Below, piece after piece: positions 38,148-48,163 of a DNA stretch of 64,000 nt. Positions within the stretch are counted from its first letter, which is position 1. Each line of letters starts with the position of its first letter. The stretch lies in the NCBI GenBank assembly GCA_004764695.1, contig SMSO01000007.1, forward strand, positions 682,001 through 746,000, given 5' to 3'. The notes under the pieces were generated by a model. It was given only the letters and a program-made list of their open reading frames with translations. It did not search any database and had not been told where the DNA came from. The translations under genes and the position numbers were made by a program. The stretch is from Schizochytrium sp. TIO01. Taxonomy: Eukaryota > Protista > Bigyra: Labyrinthulomycetes.

Positions 38148-38235
38148 CTGCAAAACTTGCATTTCATAGAGGTAGCTAAGACCCCATCACGAGACTAACC
38201 CGCGACTCAATGAAATGATTTTTGTTTCATCATGT
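38148..38235 (-). ncRNA. Candidate omegaRNA scaffold at the transposon right end (may extend into the Fanzor 3' coding region)
   Basis: Non-coding segment conserved in both copies. Stem CAUUUCAU/AUGAAAUG (38210-38217/38160-38167) encloses hairpin UCGCGGG-uuagu-CUCGUGA. Conserved terminus GAAA(U/C)GCAAGUU(U/C)UGCA. Confidence 0.6.
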
Positions 38236-39719
38236 CCCCTTGGATAGGTAGCGTAAAAGGATGCCTCTGGCGGCATGGACATCACGGTCTGCTACATGTT
38301 TGCACTTGGGGTTAGGGCATCGGAAAACCTTGGATGCACCGAGTTTATGGTAGATGGTATTACACTCATTGCATGTTTTTGAAGTGTAGCTCTCTTGGCA
38401 AAGAACAAGCTTGCACCACGGGAACATCTCAGCCTTATGAATGAGAGTCTGGCGGAACCCAAAGTGGCGCCAACGACACATCATTCGAACAGACTTCTTG
38501 GAGACCCGTCACTCCATCTTCCTACTCATCTTGGAGGTTTCGAATTTAGGCAAGAGAATAACACGATAGTTTTCACAAAGCCAAAGCCCGAGCTTGCGGT
38601 GAATCTCATTGGTCTTGTTCTGGATCTTGAGTTGGGCGCGATAGAAAGCGCGCTTCAAGGGGATGTTGAAATTGTCTTTATCACTGGATGCAGTTTTCTT
38701 ATTATCCTCTTGAGCTTTATCAATCCTGCTCTGGATCTTGTCAACGCGGCGACAGAGATAGAATATGGTTCTAAAATCTTTCCCTGTGTTTCATTCAATG
38801 GCGCGGCCATCAGCGTCATACATCGTCTGAAACGAGCGTACACCTGGATCCAGAGCAACGACACTGTGGTACGCCTTGGGGGTGCCTGGTCCACTGGACG
38901 CTTTTTTTCTTCTTGTAAGAAGCAGAAGTAGACATGCCCAAGGCGATTCATTTGCACACGCATTGCGTTCGAAATCTGGTCGGGGAACTTTTCTTTGCGT
39001 ATTCGGAATTCTTTTAGAAAGTTGGAGGTCTTTGATTTCTTCAAATTCCAGGTACGTGCATTCACTTCGAAAATCTGTGATTCATCACGCTTGGTCCGAA
39101 ACTTATAAAAAGATTGCTCATGAACTTTCTTTTGTACAGCGAGTTCTTCGTTTTTGGCTCGTCCCGAGTCAAGAGCCTTGAAGAAATCCAGAATCCGGGA
39201 ATCACGGATAGCCTGTGGGACTTCGAGAACCCATTCAGGAGCATAATTCCTTTCTTTATATCGGACGGCCTTCTTTTCTCCATAGAGGGCACCATGTGTT
39301 TGGGGATTCCCATTTTCGTCTACCAAGACCTGCTTCGTTTTAATATCCTTTTTGAGACACGCTTTTTGATGTAACTTGATGGCTTTCTCCTCACCCTTCG
39401 CCACATCTCGATGAAACGCAACGCCAGTATTGTAGGCTCTTCTAGTGACACCAAACCATTTAAGCAATTGTGTGCGCTCATCTTTAGTAGGGTATACTCT
39501 AACCTTTCTGGCACGGACAAGGTCATATTCTTTCTTGGTGGTCTTGCGCGCCTTCGTGCGAGCTCGCTTCTTCCTCGCTGCGTCGTCGCCGTCTATTTTG
39601 CGCTGCTCGTTTTCTGTGATGCGATGCCACAAATACGGTGATGATTTCGAGGAGGTCTTTGGTGAAGGTGTCTGAGTCTTCGGCATGTGCATCTTGGCCG
39701 TGTACCACGAGTTTGACAT
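38230..39719 (-). pseudogene. Fanzor2/TnpB RNA-guided endonuclease, ~496 aa when repaired
   Basis: RARKVRVYPTKDERTQLLKWFGVTRRAYN (TnpB N-terminus); RuvC-I VVALDPGVRSF; ILLPKFETSKM; CQESYTSKTCNEC..CPNPKC zinc finger; RuvC-III DRDVHAARGIL. Lesions: frameshift in G5 run 38878-38882, TGA at 38791-38793 and at 38509-38511. Confidence 0.92.
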
Positions 39720-40210
39720 TTTTCTTTCAAAAAGGTGTTCCAAGAGGTCGACTGCGATTTGCGCAAGTCGGTCGCGGTGCATGACCACAACTTGGCCGAT
39801 TCCGCCGCGGTCACAGGCGTCCAGTAGGGAGCACAGGCCTTGACATTTGAAGCTGACCCCGCTGCCGATGTCTTTGCAGACGGCTGAAGCATCTGAGTAG
39901 GTGCGCTGGAGATCGTCAACCTGGCGTTCTAGGTCCTCCTTTTGCTTGGTCGAGGACACTCTGGCATAGATAACAGTACGTCCAGAGCTGCGTTGCTCGC
40001 GGCCGGTGGAACCGCAATCAAAGATGCGCTCGACATCGTCGCTGGCGTAGATACGCTTGCCTCCGGGGAAGCGCGCGCAGCGCACGCGTCCGCCATCGGC
40101 CCAGCCCCGAAGGGCGCTTGCTGAGACCCCAAACTTCTGGTGAAAGAACTTTGCTGGTTTGTATTGGAGGTTTGCTCCACTTGCAGCGTTTGGAGCTTGC
40201 CGGTTCCTCG
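39523..40210 (-). pseudogene. tnpA: IS607 TnpA: MerR-type HTH + serine recombinase; -1 frameshift at ~39720, ATG lost
   Basis: FGVSASALRGWADGGRVRCARFPGGKRIY (HTH), VIYARVSSTKQKEDLERQ (catalytic Ser), DIGSG, VVVMHRDRL. The native C-terminus DTFTKDLLEIITVFVASHHRKRAAQNRRRR is in another frame and ends at TGA 39523. Confidence 0.9.
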
Positions 40211-40621
40211 GAAATAAGCATAATATATGATTAATATGAAACAAACACTACGAAATATAAGTTATCGAACTTTTCACGGTTTTTGTTATACTGTCTGTAG
40301 TTCTGCAATTGCGGAGTTCTCACCCACGCGAACTAGTTGCTAGAGTATCGATCTTCAGCTACTAGTGATAGCGTCATAAGGTATAGCTATACATGACATC
40401 TTTCTGAGCTTGCTTGCAAATGTGTAGTTGCTTCAAGAAAAAGTCCCGGCAAAGTCCGTCAGGGACGGAAAAGCTTGCGATAAGATGAAGCAAAGCTGCA
40501 TCGCGTGAGGCCCAAACTTAAGGTGTGAACAGACCAGGAGGGCCAGCAAGGCTAGAGCCACTGCTTCTGTTTAACATTCTCTGATAAAACAAAGTAACGC
40601 GAAAAGATATTCTCTGCTAAG

Positions 40622-42049
40622 ATGGTTAACCTCTTAGCATGGGCTGCACATCGTATTGGTGGCATTTTGTTGCTTGCGAGGCTAATATTGTTTGATTTGC
40701 TATGGCTCTTACCACCTCACCCAAGCCTTTTCATAACTATGCTAGTGCCACGCTTCATTGAGCTTTCGTATCCTGAACTGTACGGTACCATTGGGGCATT
40801 TTTCGATGGCGATACGTCTCCAATCGTGTGGCTCTTGGTGGTGCTTACAATCGTTCTAATGGGAGGATCTGGCTTACCTGATGTTCTGTTTCCCAAAGGC
40901 AAATTGCTGACCTCTTTGTGGAGTTATATCTTAACTTTTGTTATTTTCTTTGCCGTGCCAGTAGGATGGCTTGGTCGGGTATACCACACGTTCCAGTTGA
41001 GCAGAGAAATCGAGTATGAGTTGACCAGCGTCTTTCCAGGACTGAATGCAGAACAATCTCGTGATGGTGTGTTTGCTTTAAATACACCCTATTCTATTGA
41101 AGCGCATGTGACCAATGCTTTCGGGGGTTATCCCCCCTTGGTGCCTGATCTTACATTAACCTACAAGACAATTGAGCCCAAAGGTACTTGCGGGCCCGAA
41201 AAGGAGATCATGGACATCCCCTACGAGTCATATTATGCACAAAATCGTCGTGAGCTCGATAAAGGTAATTTGCAGCTTGATGTTTACAAGCCATCAAAGC
41301 AACACAGGAGTGGTAAGTCGCCAATTATTTTGCACTTGCATGGTGGGGCCTGGTACAAAGGAGATCGTTCTTTCATCCGGATGGGCTATCACGGTGGTGT
41401 GCCACGCTTCTGGCTCGATCAAGGCTTCACAATTGTTTCTGTATCCTACAGGTTGCTTTGTTCGAATTCTCATGTAATGGATGCAATCGAAGATACCGCG
41501 GATGCAATCTCGTTTGTCGAAAAGAATGCGGTAGCCTGGAATGCAGATGGATCTACTATTTTCCCGTTTGGAACTTCTGCTGGAGGGCATTTGGCATTGA
41601 TCACTGCGCTTCAGCATAAGTTGAAGTCTGTCCGAGGTATAATATCTTTATACGGGGTAGCAGAGCTTCGAGAAGTAGAGCTCCAACAAAGAGCAGCCGA
41701 CTTTTTCGAGGCGTCTGGCGCTCGTATGAAAGTATCGGCTTTCATAGAGGCTACTCGACATGTTTGTCAAAATCATGAATTCGATTCTGCAGACGCATGT
41801 TTTCACGCAATTTCACCACTTGCACATGTCAATATTGAAATGCCACCAATCCTTATTGTGCATGGAGAGTCAGATCCGCTGGTCCCCCCCCAGCAAGCAA
41901 GTTGGCTAAAAAATGCCTCAGTAGCAGTTGGTGTACCATCTGTCTTGATTAAGGTACCAGGGTCACATGATTGTGATGTCCATGTATCATCACCGTGCAG
42001 TCAGGCGACGATGTACGCTTCCGAGCGCTTTATCCATTCACTCATATAA
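40622..42049 (+). CDS. Membrane-anchored alpha/beta hydrolase (HSL-family lipase/esterase)
   Basis: N-terminal TM helices; LDVY, HGGAW oxyanion motif, GTSAGGHLA nucleophile, HGESDPLVP, GSHD. Confidence 0.9.
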   Translation: MVNLLAWAAHRIGGILLLARLILFDLLWLLPPHPSLFITMLVPRFIELSYPELYGTIGAFFDGDTSPIVWLLVVLTIVLMGGSGLPDVLFPKGKLLTSLWSYILTFVIFFAVPVGWLGRVYHTFQLSREIEYELTSVFPGLNAEQSRDGVFALNTPYSIEAHVTNAFGGYPPLVPDLTLTYKTIEPKGTCGPEKEIMDIPYESYYAQNRRELDKGNLQLDVYKPSKQHRSGKSPIILHLHGGAWYKGDRSFIRMGYHGGVPRFWLDQGFTIVSVSYRLLCSNSHVMDAIEDTADAISFVEKNAVAWNADGSTIFPFGTSAGGHLALITALQHKLKSVRGIISLYGVAELREVELQQRAADFFEASGARMKVSAFIEATRHVCQNHEFDSADACFHAISPLAHVNIEMPPILIVHGESDPLVPPQQASWLKNASVAVGVPSVLIKVPGSHDCDVHVSSPCSQATMYASERFIHSLI

Positions 42050-44252
42050 CGAAGTTTATTTTCTTTTGCAACAAGGCATGACTTTAGCACCTTTAACTTG
42101 AAGTCAATCTTTCAATCGCAACGAGGTTACCAAGGCGGTACCGTTTGTCCAGGGTCTCATGTTCCGGAAACACTTTCACACAAAATCAAATCAGAGTTTG
42201 TGCGTTCCATCATTCGTGAGCGAATTTGTTGGTAACGATACCCCTATATCCTAGACTTATGCAGAAGGGTGATGCTTGCACTTTGAGGTATTTTGGAGTA
42301 TCTTTTAGAGAATGCCAAAACCTACGCTGTAGTTTAAAAGTTGCTGCACGTGGAAGTGTACAAGGATCGATACCAGCGTCAAATCTGGTTAATTTGTGTT
42401 TCGGCAGCTCCCTAAACAAGAAAACATTCACCATAAACATGCATTTTTGCCCCCAAGCTAGAATCTTTTCTTTGCCAGGCGCTATTCGATCTTACATAAG
42501 CTCCAAGGAATACAACACGCCAATATAGCTGATTGGGGTGCAACGCCAAATTCCCTTTTGACTCCGAAATATATCCTATAAGTATATGCAACTGAGTCAT
42601 TCTCAACAGCAAGGAGGCTAGTGTTTGAGTTTGAAAATAACCTCATGGATTGACTGTCTGTAAAGGGTCAATCTGCTGCACGATGGAGAATATTTAGGAG
42701 GTATGCTAAAGAAAAAGTTTCATAACATGTTAAGAACCAATACTTTTTCTATATAGGGTCAACACGAACATCTCTGTTCCTACCAGGTTATAGAATCCAC
42801 GTTCTATCCAACGTCTTCTCTGACTACACCTAAGATAGCAGAATTATATGTTGTGAAATTTCAAAATGGAAAATTTATTCCTCTTTCTTCTTTCCTCCAA
42901 GTTTAAGGCCACTCCGTTTTCTTAATGCATTCATGCAATAGGAGAGATAAGTAAAATGATGACTTTGATTGTATTCCATTATAGAGGGGCTTATTCATGC
43001 CCCACAGTTGCTGTTTTGAACTATTTGCTGATATTCACTGCATTATCGTTCTGCATCATCTTCCCTAACTGGCCAGAAATGGTTTATTGGAGTACCAAGT
43101 TCAAAGCAAAAACCGGCCAAGGTTTACCTACGGGTAGATGCGTCCTGAACTTTGTCCCAAACTCTACAGTGCATGGTAACCATACAACAATCCATGTAGA
43201 AAATCCCTCGCGAAATAAAAAATAGGTTTGCCATTCTATTTCGATGCAACTATGGTCTGTGAACTTGTATGAGGGGCGTAGGTTCATTGGCTCGTACTCT
43301 CGCTCTCCGCTTGAAAAACGTGCCTAGGTTGTATAATACTAGTCGCTTCTACCAGATTAACTAAAAGTTGTTTATGTCATTGCGAAAACACCTATGACGC
43401 AATGAGACTATCTCATCAACTTGCACTGAGGCTACCTGAAGTGACGCAATGCCTTCTTTTCAAGGGGCCGCTGTTTGAAGTTTGCCCTCATGCCTCTGCA
43501 CAGAAAGGATCGTATCAGCCTCAGCTATGACGTGGCGACCAATAAATCAGTTAATCAGAAAACTACACTCGTAGAGATCCAAGTGATCCTGGATACCATA
43601 CACTAAGAAATGTTCGATTCGGTTCAAACTTGCGATTGAAAAATAATACTACGGGAATGCGACGCTCGCTCTGGTAGTAAAAGCCAGCTTCCAAGCCAAA
43701 GGGCTTATGACTCTGTAGCGCTTTGGTAAAGATGATAGGTCTCACTTTGGAAATATAAATAATGTAATAAAGTAACTAACCAGCGGTTTGTTGTCACAAT
43801 CGACTTAAAAACTATTTCATATAATACTTGCTCAGGCTTTCAATCTTGACTTGTCATAGTAGTCAGCTCTTGGTCTATAACACCATGTGCAAATAGCAGG
43901 GGAGCAGCGCGGGAGTAGCCTGCAATAACAAAGGGCAAAGCTAGAGCAGTTGAATTGATTTTTTCTTATGAACGTGCTCCGCGCTCAGATTTTACTAATA
44001 TATATAATATTATTTTTTTAATCTAAGAAAGAAAGCATAATAGGCAATAAGAACATAGCTAGTAGCCATAACATCTGGCACTTCCAAAGTTGGCATGCAA
44101 GTAGCTTGCCAAAGAGTGAGCAAATCCAAAACATTAATCGTGGGTTCTGAAAGTAAGTCCAAGAGCCTGCGCACTCAGGAGACCATATCGAGGCTTGGCG
44201 TGGCCTGACAACTTTGCTTGTAAGGGAAGAACTGTATCGAGGGCGACCAACG

Positions 44253-45233
44253 ATGGAGGCAACGGCAGCAACAGACCTGTCTAAGTCGGTTGGAGCAAGT
44301 GAAAGCTCTATTGAGACTAGTACAGTCAGTAGCTCTCACGATGTAGCGAAGATTGAAGGGGCTAACACAGGCGCACATCCGCCTACAGCGCCGGCTTTTG
44401 CTCCGAACCCAACATCAAAACCTAACAGTCACATCTCGAATAACGTGATCAATCACGAAATACTCACTGCCGAAGTCCAGTCGTCGGTGAAAGCCCTCAA
44501 AGAGGCATGCGCTAAGCACGATCTGAAACTTCGAAATGATTTTGAGGCTGTGCGTCTAGTGGTCGCGTGCGAAGGCAACCAGGATAAGATGCTTAAGCGG
44601 ATTAAACATATGCGGGAATTTGAGGTTGAAAACAAATTCGACGAGATTTCGCCAGAAGAGGCGTGGGATTACTACCACAAGAACCTCCCCAAGGCAGCCC
44701 TAACTTTCATCGGACATGACCGTCAAGAACGCCCTGTCCTGTATATCAATGTAGCTGGGTTTTACCCCAGTAAGATCTATAAGGACCCGAAGCTCTTGCG
44801 CTGCCTTTTTCGTTTGTGTGTTTTCGAGCTCCAAGCTTCTGCGACAAATCTCGATGAAGCTAATAAGGGTTTCATCATGCTTATGAATTGTAAAGGTATG
44901 GCCATGAAAAACTTCTCCCTGAAGCTTGAGCATGAGCTCTCATGGTTATATCAAAATGGCTATCCGATCCGCCTCTGTCAGATTATCTTCTTTAACGCAA
45001 ATGCCATCACTCGTGTGGTGATCAAAGCGTGTAAGGTTTTTCTTACACGCAAAATGCAGGAAAGAATCGTTATTGTGAATGGCAATAAGGAGATTCAGGA
45101 GCTTGTCTCAACCGAAAACCTACCCAAAGACGATGACCTTGGATCTCTGTCAACTGCGCAATCTAGGGAGATTGCACTCAAGCGTGTAGGAGAATTGTAT
45201 GCATTCGAATCCCAGTTTTCTCTCGGACTATAG
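44253..45233 (+). CDS. CRAL-TRIO (Sec14-like) lipid-binding protein, paralog 1
   Basis: GHDRQERPVLY, GFIMLMNCKGMAMKNF, QNGYPIRLCQIIFFNA, KVFLTRKMQERI. First ATG is 44253. Confidence 0.88.
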   Translation: MEATAATDLSKSVGASESSIETSTVSSSHDVAKIEGANTGAHPPTAPAFAPNPTSKPNSHISNNVINHEILTAEVQSSVKALKEACAKHDLKLRNDFEAVRLVVACEGNQDKMLKRIKHMREFEVENKFDEISPEEAWDYYHKNLPKAALTFIGHDRQERPVLYINVAGFYPSKIYKDPKLLRCLFRLCVFELQASATNLDEANKGFIMLMNCKGMAMKNFSLKLEHELSWLYQNGYPIRLCQIIFFNANAITRVVIKACKVFLTRKMQERIVIVNGNKEIQELVSTENLPKDDDLGSLSTAQSREIALKRVGELYAFESQFSLGL

Positions 45234-45783
45234 ATAGGATTAAAACCTCAATAGAAAATTAATTCTGATTACGCATGGCCATTTAGAATGGTTTGGATTC
45301 ATCTTGGGGCTCCTGTGTCTTGAATTCCAATACAACAAATTGAGTTTTAATATAAGGAGTTGTTCACATGTGCATGCTTCCTCATCCAACCACTAGCCCT
45401 TGTAAGTAAAGCAGCCAATATTCTTGTGCAGCTGAATTTTACCCTGTTGATTGAATGTGTAGTTTATTATGATGTGTGGCATAGGTCGTGTAGTGCATCA
45501 GAGAAAAGGAAATCTCATACATGCACGTTCCCCCGGTTCCCTTCTTCTACCAGAAGATGAGGGCTGTTCTTTTACGAAGTGGACAAAGAACCAGCGAACG
45601 TGCTGTTCTTGCCAAATTTGGCACCAATCATTCCCAAAGTGGGTTTTGTCCATCTCAGAAGCAGCGAGTTCCCTACCTACGAACGAAGCGATGCCTCCTA
45701 CTATGGTAACATGGCAGTACCTACCAGGAGTGGTAGTGGATTCTTTCATTCTTTTCTAAACACATGCAAATCATGTGTATGCC

Positions 45784-45933
45784 GCGCATGATTCACCTGC
45801 GCATGGCTCTACTGCGCATGGCTCTACTGCGCATGGCTCTACTGCGCATGGCTCTACTGCGCATGGCTCTACTGCGCATGGCTCTACTGAGCGTGGTTCT
45901 ACCGCGGATGGTCCTGGGCAGGTGGTTCCTAGT
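45784..45933 (+). repeat. 15-bp minisatellite (GCGCATGGCTCTACT)x6 with degenerate flanking units
   Basis: Perfect units span 45799-45888; translates to (AHGST)n in ORF 45775..46083. Confidence 0.9.
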
Positions 45934-46528
45934 AGTACTCCACACCATGGAAGTTTCCTGTGGTCATGTTGGCGTGAAGCTCATGACCCAGAATTCAGTA
46001 TTTCTCAAAGCCTTTGGAACTGCCATATTTATCATTTAAAAGCTCTTACATTGGTCAATAGTGAAGCCAGGCTGATGTTTTAAGTAAAACGCAGGCACTT
46101 TCTTGAACAAGGCATCAGCTGACCTATGTGCTGAACAAGGAAAGCTCCGTTCACTGATAACATGCACAAAAGGAACATAGTTCAGTCTCTTCTTTTGTTT
46201 GTCTGATACCGACCTGGTGTTACAACACACTGAAGTAACTTGAACTTTGGGACGTGCCCCAGCACGTTCTCCGTTCCTCGTTCTTCGAGCCATGATAGGC
46301 ATATAGTTGGTGACGGCTCAAACTTAAGTCGGTACTAACCTACTTGCTTAGTAGCTGGCTGGCTACCTACCTTCTACTATCAAACCTCTGACTTGGGCAG
46401 AATCTCAAGTTCAAACAATTACTGTAGCTCAAAGGCATTCTCAGTGGAAACAAGGCGAGACAAACGGCTGGGGCAAATCCATATTGGCAAGCTGCGGATA
46501 ATCTAATCGAAGCCGTGTTGAATCAAAG

Positions 46529-47470
46529 ATGCACTCGTCAAGCTCAAGCCAAGACAGTAAAGCTACGACAGATATCAAGGACTTAGACATTACGACTGAA
46601 AGTAATGGCGATGGAAAGGCTAGCGGGCATTTGACCACTCAGGCAAATATTCCTGAAAACATAGTCAAGTCTGCCTTGGAGCTGAAGGAGATCTGCAAAA
46701 AAGAGAATCTTGCTCTTCGCAACGATTTCGAAGCTTTACGCCTGGCCACTGCTTGTCGTGGCGACTTTGGCAAGATGAAGAAACGCATTATAAATTTGCG
46801 AGAATTCGAAGCGCACCACAAGCTGGAAGAGCTTTCTCCTGAGGAGACATGGGACTACTACCACAACGAGTTACCAGGAGGATTCATGTCTTTCATTGGA
46901 AAAGACCGTTCAGGTAGAGCAGTTATGTACGCTGACACCGCAAACTTCTACCCTTCAAAAATATTCAAGGATGAAAAGCTGAAGCGTGTTATGTTTCGTC
47001 AGTTCTCACTGCTTATGCAGGCCTCAGCAACACACCCTGGAGAGGTAGACCAAGGGTTCATCATTGTTATGAATTGCAAAGGCATGGCCATGAAAAATGT
47101 TTCAATTACGCTTCAGCAAGAAGTTGCCTGGCTTCTACAAAGCGGCTATCCCATCCGTTTGTGTCAGGTAGTATTCTTTAACGCCAATAGTATCACCCGG
47201 TGGACACTCAAGGCTTGCAAGGTTTTCTTGACAAGGAAGATGCAAGATCGCATTGCAATCATTAACGGAACTGAAGCAATCCAAGAACTTATTTCGGCAG
47301 AAAGTCTCCCTGAAAGTCAGCAACTCGGGACACAGCCGACTGCTCAAGTACGCACGACCCACCTGGAGCGCGTTAAAGCTTTTTACGATTTTGAACCCAC
47401 ATTTACCTTGCACATTTACCTTGCCCAAGTCATCTGCGGCCTAGTACTCAATTTACTACAATTATTATGA
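46529..47470 (+). CDS. CRAL-TRIO (Sec14-like) lipid-binding protein, paralog 2
   Basis: Colinear with paralog 1 (LRNDFEA, WDYYH, FYPSKI, MNCKGMAMKN, GYPIRLCQ, KACKVFLTRKMQ). Confidence 0.88.
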   Translation: MHSSSSSQDSKATTDIKDLDITTESNGDGKASGHLTTQANIPENIVKSALELKEICKKENLALRNDFEALRLATACRGDFGKMKKRIINLREFEAHHKLEELSPEETWDYYHNELPGGFMSFIGKDRSGRAVMYADTANFYPSKIFKDEKLKRVMFRQFSLLMQASATHPGEVDQGFIIVMNCKGMAMKNVSITLQQEVAWLLQSGYPIRLCQVVFFNANSITRWTLKACKVFLTRKMQDRIAIINGTEAIQELISAESLPESQQLGTQPTAQVRTTHLERVKAFYDFEPTFTLHIYLAQVICGLVLNLLQLL

Positions 47471-47638
47471 GTCTTTCTTTAATTATAAATAAATAAATAA
47501 ATAAATTTTAAAAGATATTTAAGTGACGAATGCCTTAAGAAGTCACGTAAGCTAAAGCGCGGATGATTGTGGGAGCAAAACTCATCTGAGGTGCTAGTTT
47601 GATCTGATCTAAACTGTCTAACCAGAAGCTGACCTAAC

Positions 47639-48163
47639 ATGCTTGTTCAGCTGAAGTCCTTGCGTCGCGCCTCGTTTGTTAGCACCAAACGGCCCTGGTT
47701 TCGCGCTGCCTCAACCTTGAGCAGGGCGAAAGTGAATGGCCCAGACCTTGCAGCTCGGGTTGAGAACGTGGAGATCGGTCAAAAGGCCGCAGCAGAACGG
47801 ACGTTCTCTCAAAGTGATGTGCTAGCTTTTGCTAATGTAACTGGAGACCACAATCCAATCCATGTAGATCCGAACCATGGTCAGGCTGGACCATTCTTCG
47901 GCAAAACTGTGGTCCATGGTATGCTTTCTGCAGGCCTTATACCAGCGCTCTTTGCAGAACGACTGCCTGGTTCAATCTACGCCTCACAAACACTTAGTTT
48001 CCAGGATGCCGTCTTTCCCGGGGATACAGTTCGTGTTGAAATTGAAGTCGAGAAGAAGAAAACCCTTCGCGGAACATGTTTAGTGCAATGTAGAACTCAA
48101 GTTTCTCACTTGGACGGTCGGATTGCCGTCACGGGCTCAGCCAGGGTTATGCTAAAAGTATGA
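47639..48163 (+). CDS. MaoC-like hot-dog dehydratase (HTD2 / (R)-enoyl-CoA hydratase-like), probably mitochondrial
   Basis: FANVTGDHNPIHVD and VVHGML hydratase-2 motif; R/S-rich N-terminal presequence. Confidence 0.88.
   Translation: MLVQLKSLRRASFVSTKRPWFRAASTLSRAKVNGPDLAARVENVEIGQKAAAERTFSQSDVLAFANVTGDHNPIHVDPNHGQAGPFFGKTVVHGMLSAGLIPALFAERLPGSIYASQTLSFQDAVFPGDTVRVEIEVEKKKTLRGTCLVQCRTQVSHLDGRIAVTGSARVMLKV

Larger units (their letters stand above)
38148..40293 (-). mobile_element. IS607-family transposon (serine-recombinase TnpA + Fanzor2/TnpB), near full length but inactivated
   Basis: TnpA is followed by an overlapping TnpB-like gene. Homology to the 20-kb copy ends at ~38149 (right end) and ~40276 (left end). 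The left boundary at 40293 is a best guess based on a CAG also found at the right end. Confidence 0.9.

Noticed and set aside
38148-38165. Right end TTTTGCAG as a spliceosomal acceptor (intron-like transposon)
   Set aside because: No clear branch point, the second copy ends TGCAT, and the element is intergenic.
38655-40244. 529-aa ORF taken as an intact single protein
   Set aside because: It starts at TTG, loses the TnpA C-terminal helix and leaves the Fanzor frame before RuvC-I; it is a product of frameshifts.
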